Notes under the pieces: model-generated
Seen by the model: the letters and a program-made list of their open reading frames with translations, nothing else
Told to the model about the DNA's origin: nothing
Databases searched by the model: none
Shown: one piece after another, positions 37,755 to 48,324 of the stretch
Position numbering within the stretch: position 1 is the stretch's first letter
Layout: each line of letters opens with the position of its first letter
Sequence record: SRR31156797_1079
DNA: 57,091 nt
Reading direction: 5' to 3' (one strand)
Program-made: the position numbers and the translations under genes

Positions 37755-38600
37755 ATGAATAATTCATGTTTGGCGTGTCAATCCAAAACTGCGAAGAGTT
37801 TAGCAAGTAAGTTTGGTACGGAAGCAAAGCTTACCAATGCGTTTCTCTCTGAAGCAGATTATATTATTAATCATAGCAATTCAATTTCAAGCCCATATCT
37901 TTCCTTATTAATTCATCGTCTTGCTAAGAAGAGTTTTGAGATTGAGGATTTGTACAAAGAGGAAAAGAAGAAAGCAAATCAGCTACTTTATTCTCAAATT
38001 AAATTTTGGAATAACTTTATAAGTAATTCGGATAATCCGTTTCATTTAGCAGCGAAATTAGCCGTTATCGGAAATATTATTGATTATGGAGCACATACCG
38101 CACCTGTTGATATTAACGAAAGTGTTAACAGTTTACTGGAGAAAGAAATTGCCATTGATCACAGTTTAGATTTATTGAAAGCTGTTGAAAAAGCTAAAAC
38201 AGTTTTGTATTTGGGAGATAATGCTGGCGAGATAGTCTTCGATAAGCTTTTTATTAAACATTTAAATCATCCGAATGTGATTTATGTGGTGAGAGATCAG
38301 CCAATAATTAACGATGTAACTTACGAAGATGCGGATTATGTGGCAATGGAAGATGTTTGTAAGGTAATTTCCAATGGTCACGATGCACCTTCTACTTTAT
38401 TGGAAAATTGTTCATCCGAACTTCAAAAATTGTTTCATACTGCTGATGTCGTGATATCAAAAGGTCAAGGTAATTTAGAAGGATTGTTAAACGAAAAGCG
38501 AGAGAATCTCTTTTTTATGCTTATGGCTAAATGTGATTTAATTGCTGGTAAATTAGGTGTTGAGATTGGCGATTTACTTATAAAATCTAATAAGGCGTAA
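37755..38600 (+). CDS. DUF89/ARMT1-like metal-dependent phosphatase
   Basis: CxxC at N-terminus, GNIIDYG, DNAGEIVFD, INDVT, KGQGN, AKC. Confidence 0.88.
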   Translation: MNNSCLACQSKTAKSLASKFGTEAKLTNAFLSEADYIINHSNSISSPYLSLLIHRLAKKSFEIEDLYKEEKKKANQLLYSQIKFWNNFISNSDNPFHLAAKLAVIGNIIDYGAHTAPVDINESVNSLLEKEIAIDHSLDLLKAVEKAKTVLYLGDNAGEIVFDKLFIKHLNHPNVIYVVRDQPIINDVTYEDADYVAMEDVCKVISNGHDAPSTLLENCSSELQKLFHTADVVISKGQGNLEGLLNEKRENLFFMLMAKCDLIAGKLGVEIGDLLIKSNKA

Positions 38601-38605
38601 GAGTT

Positions 38606-39478
38606 ATGGCGTATAAAATAGCAATAACAAGTGGAAAAGGAGGAACTGGTAAAACAACTGTTGCAGTAAATCTGTTTTCCACTATTTTCGATAAGTGGAC
38701 ACGAAATGTTCAGCTGGTTGATTGTGATGTTGAAGAGCCAAACGATTTGTTGTTCTTTCAGAACATTAGTAGGGCAAAAGATAAATCAGTATCTCAATTG
38801 ATCCCGACTATTGATTCTGAAAAATGTACATTTTGTCGTAAATGTGAGGAATACTGTGAGTTCAATGCCATTAGTATAATGCCATCGGTAAAATATGCTC
38901 ATGTAGATCTCGATTTATGTCATTCTTGTGGAGCATGTTTGCATGCTTGTAATTATAATGCAATAACCGAAGAAGCAAATCCTATTGGACGCATAACAAC
39001 TTGTAAAACTAAAGTTGGTGCCGAAATTATTGAAGGAAGTTTGAGAATTGGTTCTCCAATGCAAACAAAGGTAATTAAGGAATTAAAGCAAGAGTTGAAT
39101 AAGGGAGATGGAATTGTGATATTCGATGCACCTCCTGGTACAAGTTGTCCGGTTGTTGAGACCGTTTCGGATGCAGATTATGTAATTCTGGTTTCGGAAC
39201 CTACTCCTTTTGGTTTATATGATTTACGGCTAACCGTAGATTTAATGAAAGAAATGCATAAGCCTTTTGGATTGGTTGTAAATAAGGCAGGATTGGGCGA
39301 TCGTGAAATTTATAAGTATTTGGAGGAAGAGGAAATTGAATTGCTTGCTGAAATTCCTTTTGATAAAAACTATGCCAAGCAATATGCCAAAGGAAAATTA
39401 CTAAACGACATTCCGCCTTTTATAGAACAAGAATATTTGAAATTGGCTATCAATATTAAACACAAGCAAAAACAATGA
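38606..39478 (+). CDS. MinD/Mrp-superfamily P-loop ATPase with inserted 2x[4Fe-4S] ferredoxin
   Basis: SGKGGTGKTT, DCDVEEPN, CTFCRKCEEYC, CHSCGACLHAC, DAPPGTSC, EPTPFG. Confidence 0.92.
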   Translation: MAYKIAITSGKGGTGKTTVAVNLFSTIFDKWTRNVQLVDCDVEEPNDLLFFQNISRAKDKSVSQLIPTIDSEKCTFCRKCEEYCEFNAISIMPSVKYAHVDLDLCHSCGACLHACNYNAITEEANPIGRITTCKTKVGAEIIEGSLRIGSPMQTKVIKELKQELNKGDGIVIFDAPPGTSCPVVETVSDADYVILVSEPTPFGLYDLRLTVDLMKEMHKPFGLVVNKAGLGDREIYKYLEEEEIELLAEIPFDKNYAKQYAKGKLLNDIPPFIEQEYLKLAINIKHKQKQ

Positions 39479-40362
39479 AAGAAATTACCATATTAAGCGG
39501 TAAAGGCGGAACTGGTAAAACAGGTTTAACTGCAGCACTAGCATCGGTAAGTAAGAATACTGTGTTTTCAGATATTGATGTTGATGCGCCAGATCTTCAT
39601 TTAATATTTCAGCCTGATATTAAAGAGCAGCATGTTTTTAAAGGTGCCCGAATTGCAAAGATTGATAATGAAATCTGCATCAATTGCGGTAAGTGTAAGC
39701 AAGAGTGTAGGTTCGATGCGATACATTATAAACCTGAAGGCGGATTGCAAGTAAATGCTTTCGAGTGTGAAGGCTGTCGATTGTGTGAGAGAATCTGTCC
39801 GGTTCAGGCTATTTCATCAGAACACAGTACTAATAATAGTTGGTTTATTTCCGATTCTAGATTTGGAAAGTTAGTACATGCAAAAATGGGACCTGGTGAG
39901 GAAAATTCAGGGAAATTGGTTACTGTGGTTAGAAAGAAAGCTCAAGAACTTGCGAAAGAAATGAATGCGGATTTTCTTTTGAATGATGGTCCTCCGGGAA
40001 TTGGTTGTTCTGCCATTGCATCAATAACAGGAGTTGATGCTGTTGTATTAATTACGGAACCAAGTAAATCCGGTTTTCATGATGTGGTTCGGGTAATCGA
40101 TTTAGTGAAAAAATTTAATGTCCCTGCATTTGCGGTTATTAACAAGTACGATATTAACTTGGAAATAACAGCTCAAATGGAAGCATTTTTTTCCACTCAA
40201 AATATTAATTTATTGGGAAAAATTCCTTTTAGCGAGGATATGGTATATTCGATTGTTAATCATCAATCTATTATTGAATTTAAACCGGAATCGGATATCA
40301 ATCCAATAATTCAGACAATTTGGGCTGGTCTTGTTCATTCAAAAAAACTTTGTGAGGTATGA
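39475..40362 (+). CDS. Second MinD-superfamily ATPase with inserted ferredoxin
   Basis: SGKGGTGKT, DVDAPDL, CINCGKCKQEC, CEGCRLCERIC, SGKLV, DGPPGIGC; ATGA overlap. Confidence 0.92.
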   Translation: MKEITILSGKGGTGKTGLTAALASVSKNTVFSDIDVDAPDLHLIFQPDIKEQHVFKGARIAKIDNEICINCGKCKQECRFDAIHYKPEGGLQVNAFECEGCRLCERICPVQAISSEHSTNNSWFISDSRFGKLVHAKMGPGEENSGKLVTVVRKKAQELAKEMNADFLLNDGPPGIGCSAIASITGVDAVVLITEPSKSGFHDVVRVIDLVKKFNVPAFAVINKYDINLEITAQMEAFFSTQNINLLGKIPFSEDMVYSIVNHQSIIEFKPESDINPIIQTIWAGLVHSKKLCEV

Positions 40363-40769
40363 TTAGAGGAGAGTGTAAAATAAGACCACAATATGGTGAG
40401 GTAGACCAAATGGGATATGTTTATCATGCCAACTATGTAAACTATTGCCACCAAGCAAGAACTGAATTGATGAGAGAGTTTGGATTGAACGATAAGGTGT
40501 TGGAGGAGAATGGAATAATGCTTCCGGTTGTGGATATGAATTTGAAGTATCTTAAACCATCGGGTTACGATGATGAATTAACAGTTAAAACAAGAATTAA
40601 GGAATTGCCAATAACACGATTCAAGTTTTATTTTACCTTCGAAAATGCCAGGAATGAGGTGGTATGCAAGGCAAGTTCTACTGTAGTGTTTGTCGATAGT
40701 ATAACTCGCAAACCGCAAAGAGTACCCGATCTGATAATAAGTAATTTAAAGAATGCAGTATTGATTTAG
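40359..40769 (+). CDS. Acyl-CoA thioesterase (YbgC/4HBT hot-dog family)
   Basis: YGEVDQMGYVYHANY, ARTE, Y.KP..YDD; ATGA overlap with the ATPase. Confidence 0.88.
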   Translation: MIRGECKIRPQYGEVDQMGYVYHANYVNYCHQARTELMREFGLNDKVLEENGIMLPVVDMNLKYLKPSGYDDELTVKTRIKELPITRFKFYFTFENARNEVVCKASSTVVFVDSITRKPQRVPDLIISNLKNAVLI

Positions 40770-40794
40770 TAGTAGTTTATGACTATTTGATTGT

Positions 40795-40829
40795 AACCGG
40801 ATTCTGTATTGTGCAGATCCGGTTTTTTT
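40795..40829 (+). terminator. Intrinsic terminator ending the DUF134 operon
   Basis: AACCGGAT(T)CTGTA...TGCAGATCCGGTT plus T run. Confidence 0.75.
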
Positions 40830-40850
40830 GTAAAATTAAAATTGTTTAAA

Positions 40851-41288
40851 ATGAAACGGTTAAACATTAATTTTGTAATTGATTTACTTTTGTTTTTGTG
40901 CTTATCGTTGATAACCGGAATAGGCTTCTTAATTAAGTATGTTTTACTTACGGGGCAGGAGACATGGGCAAAGTATGGTGATCATGTAAAATTAGAATTT
41001 TTGGGAATGGATCGTCACAAGTGGGGGTACATTCATTTGATTCTAGGTTTTATTATGATCGTTCTAATTGTTCTTCATGTATTTTACCACTGGAAGTTGA
41101 TAAAAGCAATGTTTGAAAAAGTTGTGGGAATTTCGAGATCGAAAATGGTTTTTGCAATCGCTTTTATACTGATGTGTTTGTTTTTTATTTTAGGTCCTTT
41201 TATGCTTACTCCCAATGAAAAAGAAAATAAAAAAATGCAAGAACATTACAGACATGAAAACAGGATGTATAAAATGAAACATAAATAG
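40851..41288 (+). CDS. DUF4405-like membrane protein (cytochrome b-like His pattern)
   Basis: 3 TM segments; TG in TM1, W..IH...G and LH..YHW. Confidence 0.75.
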   Translation: MKRLNINFVIDLLLFLCLSLITGIGFLIKYVLLTGQETWAKYGDHVKLEFLGMDRHKWGYIHLILGFIMIVLIVLHVFYHWKLIKAMFEKVVGISRSKMVFAIAFILMCLFFILGPFMLTPNEKENKKMQEHYRHENRMYKMKHK

Positions 41289-41323
41289 AATTTATCACTT
41301 TGTAAATTCTAAGATTAGTAACA

Positions 41324-41380
41324 AATAAAAAGCGACACCCAAAAAAAAGAAATATCTTCTTCGAGGTGTCGCTTTATTGT
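41324..41380. terminator. Bidirectional stem-loop between convergent genes
   Basis: AAAGCGACACC...GGTGTCGCTTT with A/T flanks. Confidence 0.7.
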
Positions 41381-41396
41381 GTGTATTTTGGTAGGT

Positions 41397-43025
41397 TTAT
41401 ATATTCGATTTAGCCTTGATTATTGCGTCATCAAAGTTATCTAAAATGTCCTCATCGGATATAAAATCGATAATTTCACTTCTTTTGATTTCTACTAAAA
41501 CATCAGGGTTTACACCTGATAAAATAACTTTTGTTTTTCTTTTTTCTAAAGTTTTAATGATTTCTGTGAAGTTTTGAATACCAGTAGAGTCAATAAAAGG
41601 AACGTGTCGCATGCGAACAATGAGAACAGATGTAGATCCTTTTAAATTGCGTAAGGTCTCCTGATATCTTTTCGCAGCAGCAAAAAAGAAAGGTCCGCTA
41701 ATTTCATATACTTCTATTTCTTTTGGCAATTGGCTGTAATTCTGAATTTCATCCGATTCTATTTCTACGGGCATTACTCCATTAATTTTCGACATGCGAT
41801 ACATAAAAATCAAAGCAGCCAAAACAATTCCAATTTCAATGGCTATGGTTAAATCAACCAAAACAGTAAGAAAGAAAGTGGTTAGCAGTACAATGATATC
41901 AAATCGTGAGCTTTTCAGGATCGATCGGAACGAACGCCATTCACTCATATTATAAGAAACTACAATCAATATTCCAGCAAGGCATGACATGGGAATTAGC
42001 TTAGCCCACTTACCAAATACCAACATGATTAGTAAAAGGGTAATGGCATGAATCATACCCGCTATTGGAGTTCGTCCACCATTTTTAACATTGGTAGCTG
42101 TTCTTGCTATAGCCCCAGTTGCAGGAATTCCACCAAATATAGGAGAGAAAACATTGGCAATACCCTGAGCAATTAATTCTGTGTTGGAACGATGATTACC
42201 ACCAATCATCCCATCGGAAACAACTGCTGATAAGAGCGATTCAATTGCTCCTAAAATGGCAATGGTAATGGCAGGAGCAAAGTAATTGTGTAAATTGGTC
42301 CATTCAACATGAGGAATTTCAAAATGAAAACTATTTGGAATACTACCATAAACCGATTCAATTGTATCAACTGGTAAATCAAGAATAGAAACCAATGCAG
42401 TCATACCTATGATAGCAATGAAAGAACCAGGAATTTTTGGAATGATTTTTCCAGCGAATAGGGTAAGTAAAATAGTTGCTCCACTAATCGCAATGGCGTA
42501 CCAGGAAAAACTTGAAAAATTTGTAAAGTAGCATACCCATTTGCTAATAAATTCAGATGGTAATTCTTCTATTTGCAAACCAAAAGCAGCCTTAATCTGA
42601 GTTGAGAAAATTACCAAAGCGATACCACTGGTGAAACCAACAATAAGCGGATGTGGAATAAATTTTAGGATGCTTCCCAATCGCATCAAACCAAATGCGA
42701 TCAGAATTAAACCGGCAAGAAAGGTTGAGATCATAAGACCATCCAGACCATATTCATTAACAATGCCATAAACAATTACAATGAAAGCTCCGGTAGGACC
42801 ACCAATCTGTACACGACTACCACCAACTAAGGAAATGATAAAACCAGCAATTATAGCTGTGATCAAACCTTTTTCGGGTGAAACACCTGATGCTACTGCA
42901 AAAGCAATTGCCAATGGAAGAGCAACGATTCCGACAATAATGCCGGCAAACAAGTCTTTTTGAAAGGCTTGAGCATTATACCCTTTAATTACTGAAAGTA
43001 ATTTGGGCTTAAAAATAGATTTCAT
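41397..43025 (-). CDS. SulP-family anion permease with STAS domain
   Basis: ALPLAIAFAVASG, QIGGPTGAF, ATGAIARTATN, GPFFFAAA, FIDSTG. ATG 43025 lies downstream of the TACTTTTG box at 43053-43060. Confidence 0.93.
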   Translation of the reverse strand: MKSIFKPKLLSVIKGYNAQAFQKDLFAGIIVGIVALPLAIAFAVASGVSPEKGLITAIIAGFIISLVGGSRVQIGGPTGAFIVIVYGIVNEYGLDGLMISTFLAGLILIAFGLMRLGSILKFIPHPLIVGFTSGIALVIFSTQIKAAFGLQIEELPSEFISKWVCYFTNFSSFSWYAIAISGATILLTLFAGKIIPKIPGSFIAIIGMTALVSILDLPVDTIESVYGSIPNSFHFEIPHVEWTNLHNYFAPAITIAILGAIESLLSAVVSDGMIGGNHRSNTELIAQGIANVFSPIFGGIPATGAIARTATNVKNGGRTPIAGMIHAITLLLIMLVFGKWAKLIPMSCLAGILIVVSYNMSEWRSFRSILKSSRFDIIVLLTTFFLTVLVDLTIAIEIGIVLAALIFMYRMSKINGVMPVEIESDEIQNYSQLPKEIEVYEISGPFFFAAAKRYQETLRNLKGSTSVLIVRMRHVPFIDSTGIQNFTEIIKTLEKRKTKVILSGVNPDVLVEIKRSEIIDFISDEDILDNFDDAIIKAKSNI

Positions 43026-43334
43026 TTGGTAAATATTGTTTGATTGAAGCTGCAAAAGTAATGCATAATGGCTGTCGTTATCCTCGTTTATTGATAAATT
43101 TTACAAGAAAATTGAAAATAAATTAGAAGATTTTATTGTCCGTAATTATCTAACTATTAGCATGAAATTGATACTTTCTGATTTGTTGGCTATTAGCTTT
43201 ACGAATAGGTCGGATTACTAAATTAGAAAGTATATGAATGGACTATCAAGTGATTAATAATTTGTTGTATTTTTGTACGGCTTTAGAATAAATATGATTT
43301 TTTGTAAAGTTTTGGATCGATAAGATATTAGAGA

Positions 43335-44564
43335 ATGCAAATACCAGAAAAATATAAATTCATTGTACAGTTGGGTAAGGCACTTCATACTTATGGGGTG
43401 CCTTCTTATAAATCTCAAATCTATCTGAACGAAATTGCTGAGAAGAAAGGTATTCGTGGCAGTTTTATGGATACACCTACCTGGATTAACTATGTGTTTT
43501 ACGAAGAGGATGAACATACCTACAATTATGTGGAATGTGTTTTGCCAGGGGAATTGAATCTAGGCGCTCTATCGAGAATTGTTGAGATTACGAATAGTGT
43601 ACTGTCCAATAAAATTTCATTTGTACAAGCCAAGCGGAGGATTGAAAGAATTGAAAGTGCACCTTTGGGATATGGTAAGCTGACAGAGTTATTCGCATTC
43701 ATGATTTCAGCAGGAGCATTCAGTATTATTCTGGATACTAGTTGGGCATCGGCATTGACTGCATCATTAATTGGTGCGATCATATATGGGATCACACTAT
43801 TTGCAAAAAAGTCGGATTACATTCGAAGTACGCTGGAATCACTGGTGGCGTTTATGGCAACTCTAATAACCGGTTTGCTTGCTGCACAGTTTGAACAGAT
43901 TAATATTTCCATGACCATACTGGCTTCTATCATTGTATTTATTCCTGGTTTATCGATTACGACAGCTTTGGAAGAGATCACATCCAGAAGTTTGGTATCG
44001 GGAACAGCTAAACTATTTGATGCATTGGTATCTTTATTTAAGCAATTCTTTGGTGTTGTTTTGGGCTTGGCGATTCTTCCTATGTTTATTGATTTGAAAC
44101 CAAATATAGTGGTGAATGATGTTCCTCAGTGGGTAGATTACTTTGCGATTGTTTTACTTGCACTGAGTTTAATGCCTGTTTTTAAAGTGCAGCCAAAAGA
44201 TCTGTTGTTTTGTGTAATTGCTGGGTTCATGAGTTTTTATACCACTACTTTACTCGATTTTACAGGAATATTAGTAAGTATATTTATTGGAACATTTGTC
44301 GCAGTTTTAGCAAGTAAGTTGTTTAGTAAGATAACTAAATCGCCCGAATTGGTCTTTTTAGTTCCTGGAATTATTATGCTAGTTCCGGGGAGTAAGGCTT
44401 TTATTGGATTGAGTAGTGTGTTTCTTAATGAAGGAAATACACATTCCAACATGGGAGAACAAATCCTTTACATTTTTATGGGGATTATTGGTGGATTAAT
44501 ATTTTCTGGAAGTTTTATCGACAGGAGAAAGAGTTTGCGGAATTCTCTTAAAATATCAAAATAG
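43335..44564 (+). CDS. ThrE-family threonine/serine exporter
   Basis: LGKALHTYG, FIPGLSITTALEE, LVSGTAKL, PGIIMLVPGS. Confidence 0.85.
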   Translation: MQIPEKYKFIVQLGKALHTYGVPSYKSQIYLNEIAEKKGIRGSFMDTPTWINYVFYEEDEHTYNYVECVLPGELNLGALSRIVEITNSVLSNKISFVQAKRRIERIESAPLGYGKLTELFAFMISAGAFSIILDTSWASALTASLIGAIIYGITLFAKKSDYIRSTLESLVAFMATLITGLLAAQFEQINISMTILASIIVFIPGLSITTALEEITSRSLVSGTAKLFDALVSLFKQFFGVVLGLAILPMFIDLKPNIVVNDVPQWVDYFAIVLLALSLMPVFKVQPKDLLFCVIAGFMSFYTTTLLDFTGILVSIFIGTFVAVLASKLFSKITKSPELVFLVPGIIMLVPGSKAFIGLSSVFLNEGNTHSNMGEQILYIFMGIIGGLIFSGSFIDRRKSLRNSLKISK

Positions 44565-44575
44565 AGAGCATACAG

Positions 44576-45022
44576 ATGATTAGAAAATATTCAAACGAGG
44601 ATAAAGACAAAATACTTGGACTATTGAAACTTAATATTCCAAAGTATTTTGATCCATCAGAAGAGAATGACTTAAAAAACTACCTGGATAAAGAGGTAGA
44701 GGATTATTTTGTCGTTGAGCTTGAATCTGTGATTGTAGGGGCAGGAGGAATCAATTATTTTCCCGAAGAGAAGATTGCCAGAATATCTTGGGATATGATT
44801 CATCCCGATTATCAGGGAAAGGGAGTTGGGAAATCATTAATAAAATATAGGATTGATCACATCAAAGCGAAGAATTCATTCGAAATCATCGAAGTGAGAA
44901 CAAGTCAATTGGTGGCTGATTTTTACAATAAAATGGGCTTTGAATTGGTGAATATCGAAAAGGATTATTGGGCAAAAGACTACGATTTGTATCAGATGAT
45001 CTACAAGAAAAGTTTGCTATAG
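44576..45022 (+). CDS. GNAT acetyltransferase
   Basis: HPDYQGKGVG acetyl-CoA motif, FYNKMGF. Confidence 0.9.
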   Translation: MIRKYSNEDKDKILGLLKLNIPKYFDPSEENDLKNYLDKEVEDYFVVELESVIVGAGGINYFPEEKIARISWDMIHPDYQGKGVGKSLIKYRIDHIKAKNSFEIIEVRTSQLVADFYNKMGFELVNIEKDYWAKDYDLYQMIYKKSLL

Positions 45023-45168
45023 TGATTGGATAGGCGATGAAAGGCTATAGTGGAGTTCAATTGGTTTGTCACTCTTAAAAATATATGTAGTTTTGCCTGT
45101 CTTATTTGAATTGATGTCAACTCTCAGAATACTCAAACTTGCATAATATCTTAATTCATTTGTTAAAT

Positions 45169-46032
45169 ATGATACAATTTTTCAAAGAAGTATTTGGTCA
45201 TTTTTTTAATAGTGATACCTTTCAAAAAGGTGCAGCATTGGCATATTATGCTGTATTTTCTATTTTACCGATCATCATTATCATAACCTCCTTACTTGGA
45301 TTGTTTTTTGGAGCACAAGCTGTATCTGGAGAAATATATGCACAGCTGAAAGATATTTTAGGTAGTGATGCTGCCTTACAGTTACAGAATATCGTAAAGA
45401 ATCAGCATATAAATCATAACAATGTACTTACTACTACAATTGGATTTGCGACATTGGCTTTGAGCGCATCAGGAATGGTAAGTCAGATTCACAATGCTTT
45501 TAATGGCATTTGGGAAATAAAAGAAAAGCCGAAAAGTGGACTTCTAAAATACATCACTAAACATTTGACGTCCTTTGTCATACTTGTGGTTCTCTTTTTT
45601 ATCATTTTAATTAGTACCACTCTTAGCAGTTTCTTAAGTAAATATGCCTATAACCTGCATAGCGATTACAAAATGACTTTTATCTACGAGCACATCACAT
45701 CTTTAGTAGTAATTGCCTTGATTATTGGAATCATGTATAAATATTTGGGTGATGCAAAAGTACACTGGAAAGCGGCAATAGCCGGAGGATTGTTTACCGC
45801 AATACTTTTTGTTCTGGGGAAATCGGCTATAGGAATGTATATTGGTCACTCTCATGTTTCCTCAACATTTGGAGCAGCTAGTGTATTGGCATTATTAATG
45901 CTTTGGGTGTATTATACTTCACAAATTATCTTTTTGGGCGCCTCTTTCGTGAAAATCATTAGTGGGAAAATGAATTGTCAAATTGAACCCAATAAAAATG
46001 CGGTATTCGTTGAGAATAGAGAACTTGAATAA
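45169..46032 (+). CDS. YihY/BrkB-family membrane protein
   Basis: GAALAYYAVFSILP, AFNGIW, FGAASVLALLMLWVYY.SQIIFLGA. Confidence 0.9.
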   Translation: MIQFFKEVFGHFFNSDTFQKGAALAYYAVFSILPIIIIITSLLGLFFGAQAVSGEIYAQLKDILGSDAALQLQNIVKNQHINHNNVLTTTIGFATLALSASGMVSQIHNAFNGIWEIKEKPKSGLLKYITKHLTSFVILVVLFFIILISTTLSSFLSKYAYNLHSDYKMTFIYEHITSLVVIALIIGIMYKYLGDAKVHWKAAIAGGLFTAILFVLGKSAIGMYIGHSHVSSTFGAASVLALLMLWVYYTSQIIFLGASFVKIISGKMNCQIEPNKNAVFVENRELE

Positions 46033-46099
46033 GAATTCTATTTGAATAAGTTTTAGATTGATAAAATCAAACATTAAAATCATTAATGCTTGATGTTAA

Positions 46100-47317
46100 A
46101 TGTATTTTATGCAAATAAAAAGAAAATCGGATACCGAATTTATTATCATTATGGCATCCTTAATGTCCCTGGCATCCTTATCGATAGATGCCTTGCTGCC
46201 AGGTTTGCCTGATATTGCCAAAACCATAGGCATTACCGATCCAAAGAACAATCAGTTGTTAATTACCATGATATTTTTGGGAATGGGATTCGGTCAGCTG
46301 ATTTCCGGTCCTTTGTCGGATAGTTTGGGACGAAAAACAGTGATTTATATAGGTTTTACAATCTTTACCTTTTCAAGCCTGCTTTGTATCTTTTCTACCA
46401 GTATGGAGATGATGATTTTAGGAAGGTTTCTACAGGGAATAGGTCTTTCTGCACCCCGAACGATTAGTACAGCTATGGTTCGAGATAGATTTGTGGGAGA
46501 TTATATGGCAAAAATCATGTCTTTTGTAACGGTCATCTTTATTTTAGCACCAATTGTTGCACCATCCTTTGGAAAGTTGATGCTAAGTAGTTTTGGTTGG
46601 GAATCGATTTTCTCCAGCCAATTGATATTTGGTCTTTTTGTGGTTCTTTGGTTGTGGAAACGACAGCCCGAAACTCTTAAAGTTGAGAACAGAAAGAAAA
46701 TGAGTTGGTCTTTATTCTCCAATGGTATAAAAGAGTTTACCAAACAAAAGCAATCTTTGATTTTCACTTTCATGTCTGGGCTAATCCTATCAGCCTTTAT
46801 GGTTTATTTAAGTTCCAGTCAGCAAATTTTTCAGGAACAATACGGTTTGGTTGATGAATTTCCGTTTATTTTTTCAGGAATAGCCATTGTAATTGGATTA
46901 TCTACTTTTATGAATGGAACTTTGGTGGTTCGTTTTGGAATGCTAAAGTTGGCTACAATATTTACAATAGCACTTACTTCTATCTCGTTATTGTATGTGA
47001 TCCTTTTTTATGGAGAGTCCAATCCAAGTTTTGCTATACTTCTATTATTTTTTGTGCTAATGCTATTTTGTATAGGCTTTATTTTTGGAAACATTAATGC
47101 ACTAGCCATGCAACCCATTGGTCATATAGCAGGTATTGGTGCGGCACTATTTGGATTTGTTGGAACAGTTATGGCTGTACCTATCGCCACTTTTATTGGT
47201 CGATTTATTGATGTAACCGCATTGCCACTCTTTGCTGGTTTTGCTATTTGTGGCGGTATATCATTGCTTTTGATTCAATATTTAAAATATCTGAATAGGA
47301 AAAATACTAGTGAGTAA
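46100..47317 (+). CDS. Bcr/CflA-family multidrug MFS transporter
   Basis: LSIDALLP, GPLSDSLGRK, GRFLQG, APIVAP, PETL. Confidence 0.9.
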   Translation: MYFMQIKRKSDTEFIIIMASLMSLASLSIDALLPGLPDIAKTIGITDPKNNQLLITMIFLGMGFGQLISGPLSDSLGRKTVIYIGFTIFTFSSLLCIFSTSMEMMILGRFLQGIGLSAPRTISTAMVRDRFVGDYMAKIMSFVTVIFILAPIVAPSFGKLMLSSFGWESIFSSQLIFGLFVVLWLWKRQPETLKVENRKKMSWSLFSNGIKEFTKQKQSLIFTFMSGLILSAFMVYLSSSQQIFQEQYGLVDEFPFIFSGIAIVIGLSTFMNGTLVVRFGMLKLATIFTIALTSISLLYVILFYGESNPSFAILLLFFVLMLFCIGFIFGNINALAMQPIGHIAGIGAALFGFVGTVMAVPIATFIGRFIDVTALPLFAGFAICGGISLLLIQYLKYLNRKNTSE

Positions 47318-47348
47318 ATAATATAAAATGTAAGTGCTTATACAATAG

Positions 47349-47389
47349 AACAAAAAAGAGGAAGCTAATTAAGCTTCCTCTTTTTTGTT
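47349..47389 (+). terminator. Intrinsic terminator
   Basis: AACAAAAAAGAGGAAGCT-aatta-AGCTTCCTCTTTTTTGTT. Confidence 0.85.
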
Positions 47390-47542
47390 GATTTCTTGGT
47401 TTTATTATGTAGAGTCTTTCTGTTTAATCTATGCTTAGTTAACTTTACAACATTACTGATATTGTTTACTATTATAATTTTTAATTTAGTCAGCTAATAC
47501 CATAATGGTAAATTATCTTCGATAAAGCGATGAAAACAGATT

Positions 47543-48283
47543 ATGCACAAATTAGCCTTGTTATTTCTATTATTCTTTGCCTTTTCTTGTAATGTGGTGG
47601 AGAGTGAGAATGGATTTCATTGGAATCTTGAGAAAGAAAGAATTCACAATGAGAACCGAAACGACTTAACAAAGAGGAGTGAGTTATGTTGGTTTACCGA
47701 TCAACAAAATATATCATTGAAAGGAAATCCAATGATAGAAGGAGTTTTTCCCGTTCCGGATTATGATCTTGCCGACAACACTTTTGTTGGCGTAGGAAGC
47801 AAAGGTGCTTGGAAAGGAATTAAGTTAGAAGATAAAACGATTCTTTACCATTCTCTGTTTGTAAAGAAATGTGATGTAAACAAGGAGTTTATTTCCAATA
47901 AGGAGAATGAAGTGTTTTTTACACTACTTACCCTAACCGATACGATTGATACCAAAGGATATACTCATGCTAATATCAGTGTGATTTCAAGAAATCATCC
48001 TCACTATTCTGCTCAGGGTTTTGTTAAAACCAAGTCGAATAAAATCGATTTTGTTTCTTTCATTGCTGCTGATAGAAACTCTTATGCCTTGGTAAATATG
48101 CGTTTGTTCGATTTAAGGATAGGACGAATTGTATTGATAGCACCACAGCAAGATGGCACATTACGTTCTCTTCAACTTGATTCACCAATCATGTCATCAA
48201 AAGAAATAGATGTTTACATCAAGAGATTATTGAATAAAAATGATGAGGTGCGCTCCTTTTTTACCAAAGAGGGTAATATTTAG
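47543..48283 (+). CDS. Hypothetical lipoprotein
   Basis: Signal peptide ending AFSC; no recognised domain. Confidence 0.7.
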   Translation: MHKLALLFLLFFAFSCNVVESENGFHWNLEKERIHNENRNDLTKRSELCWFTDQQNISLKGNPMIEGVFPVPDYDLADNTFVGVGSKGAWKGIKLEDKTILYHSLFVKKCDVNKEFISNKENEVFFTLLTLTDTIDTKGYTHANISVISRNHPHYSAQGFVKTKSNKIDFVSFIAADRNSYALVNMRLFDLRIGRIVLIAPQQDGTLRSLQLDSPIMSSKEIDVYIKRLLNKNDEVRSFFTKEGNI

Positions 48284-48324
48284 TTTTGAAAATTTAAAGT
48301 ATTTACTGATTAATTGATTAAGTT

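Noticed and set aside
36553..40362. Nitrogen fixation cluster
   Set aside because: Only NifX-like domains and MinD-type ATPases; no nifH, D, K, E, N or radical-SAM NifB in the window.
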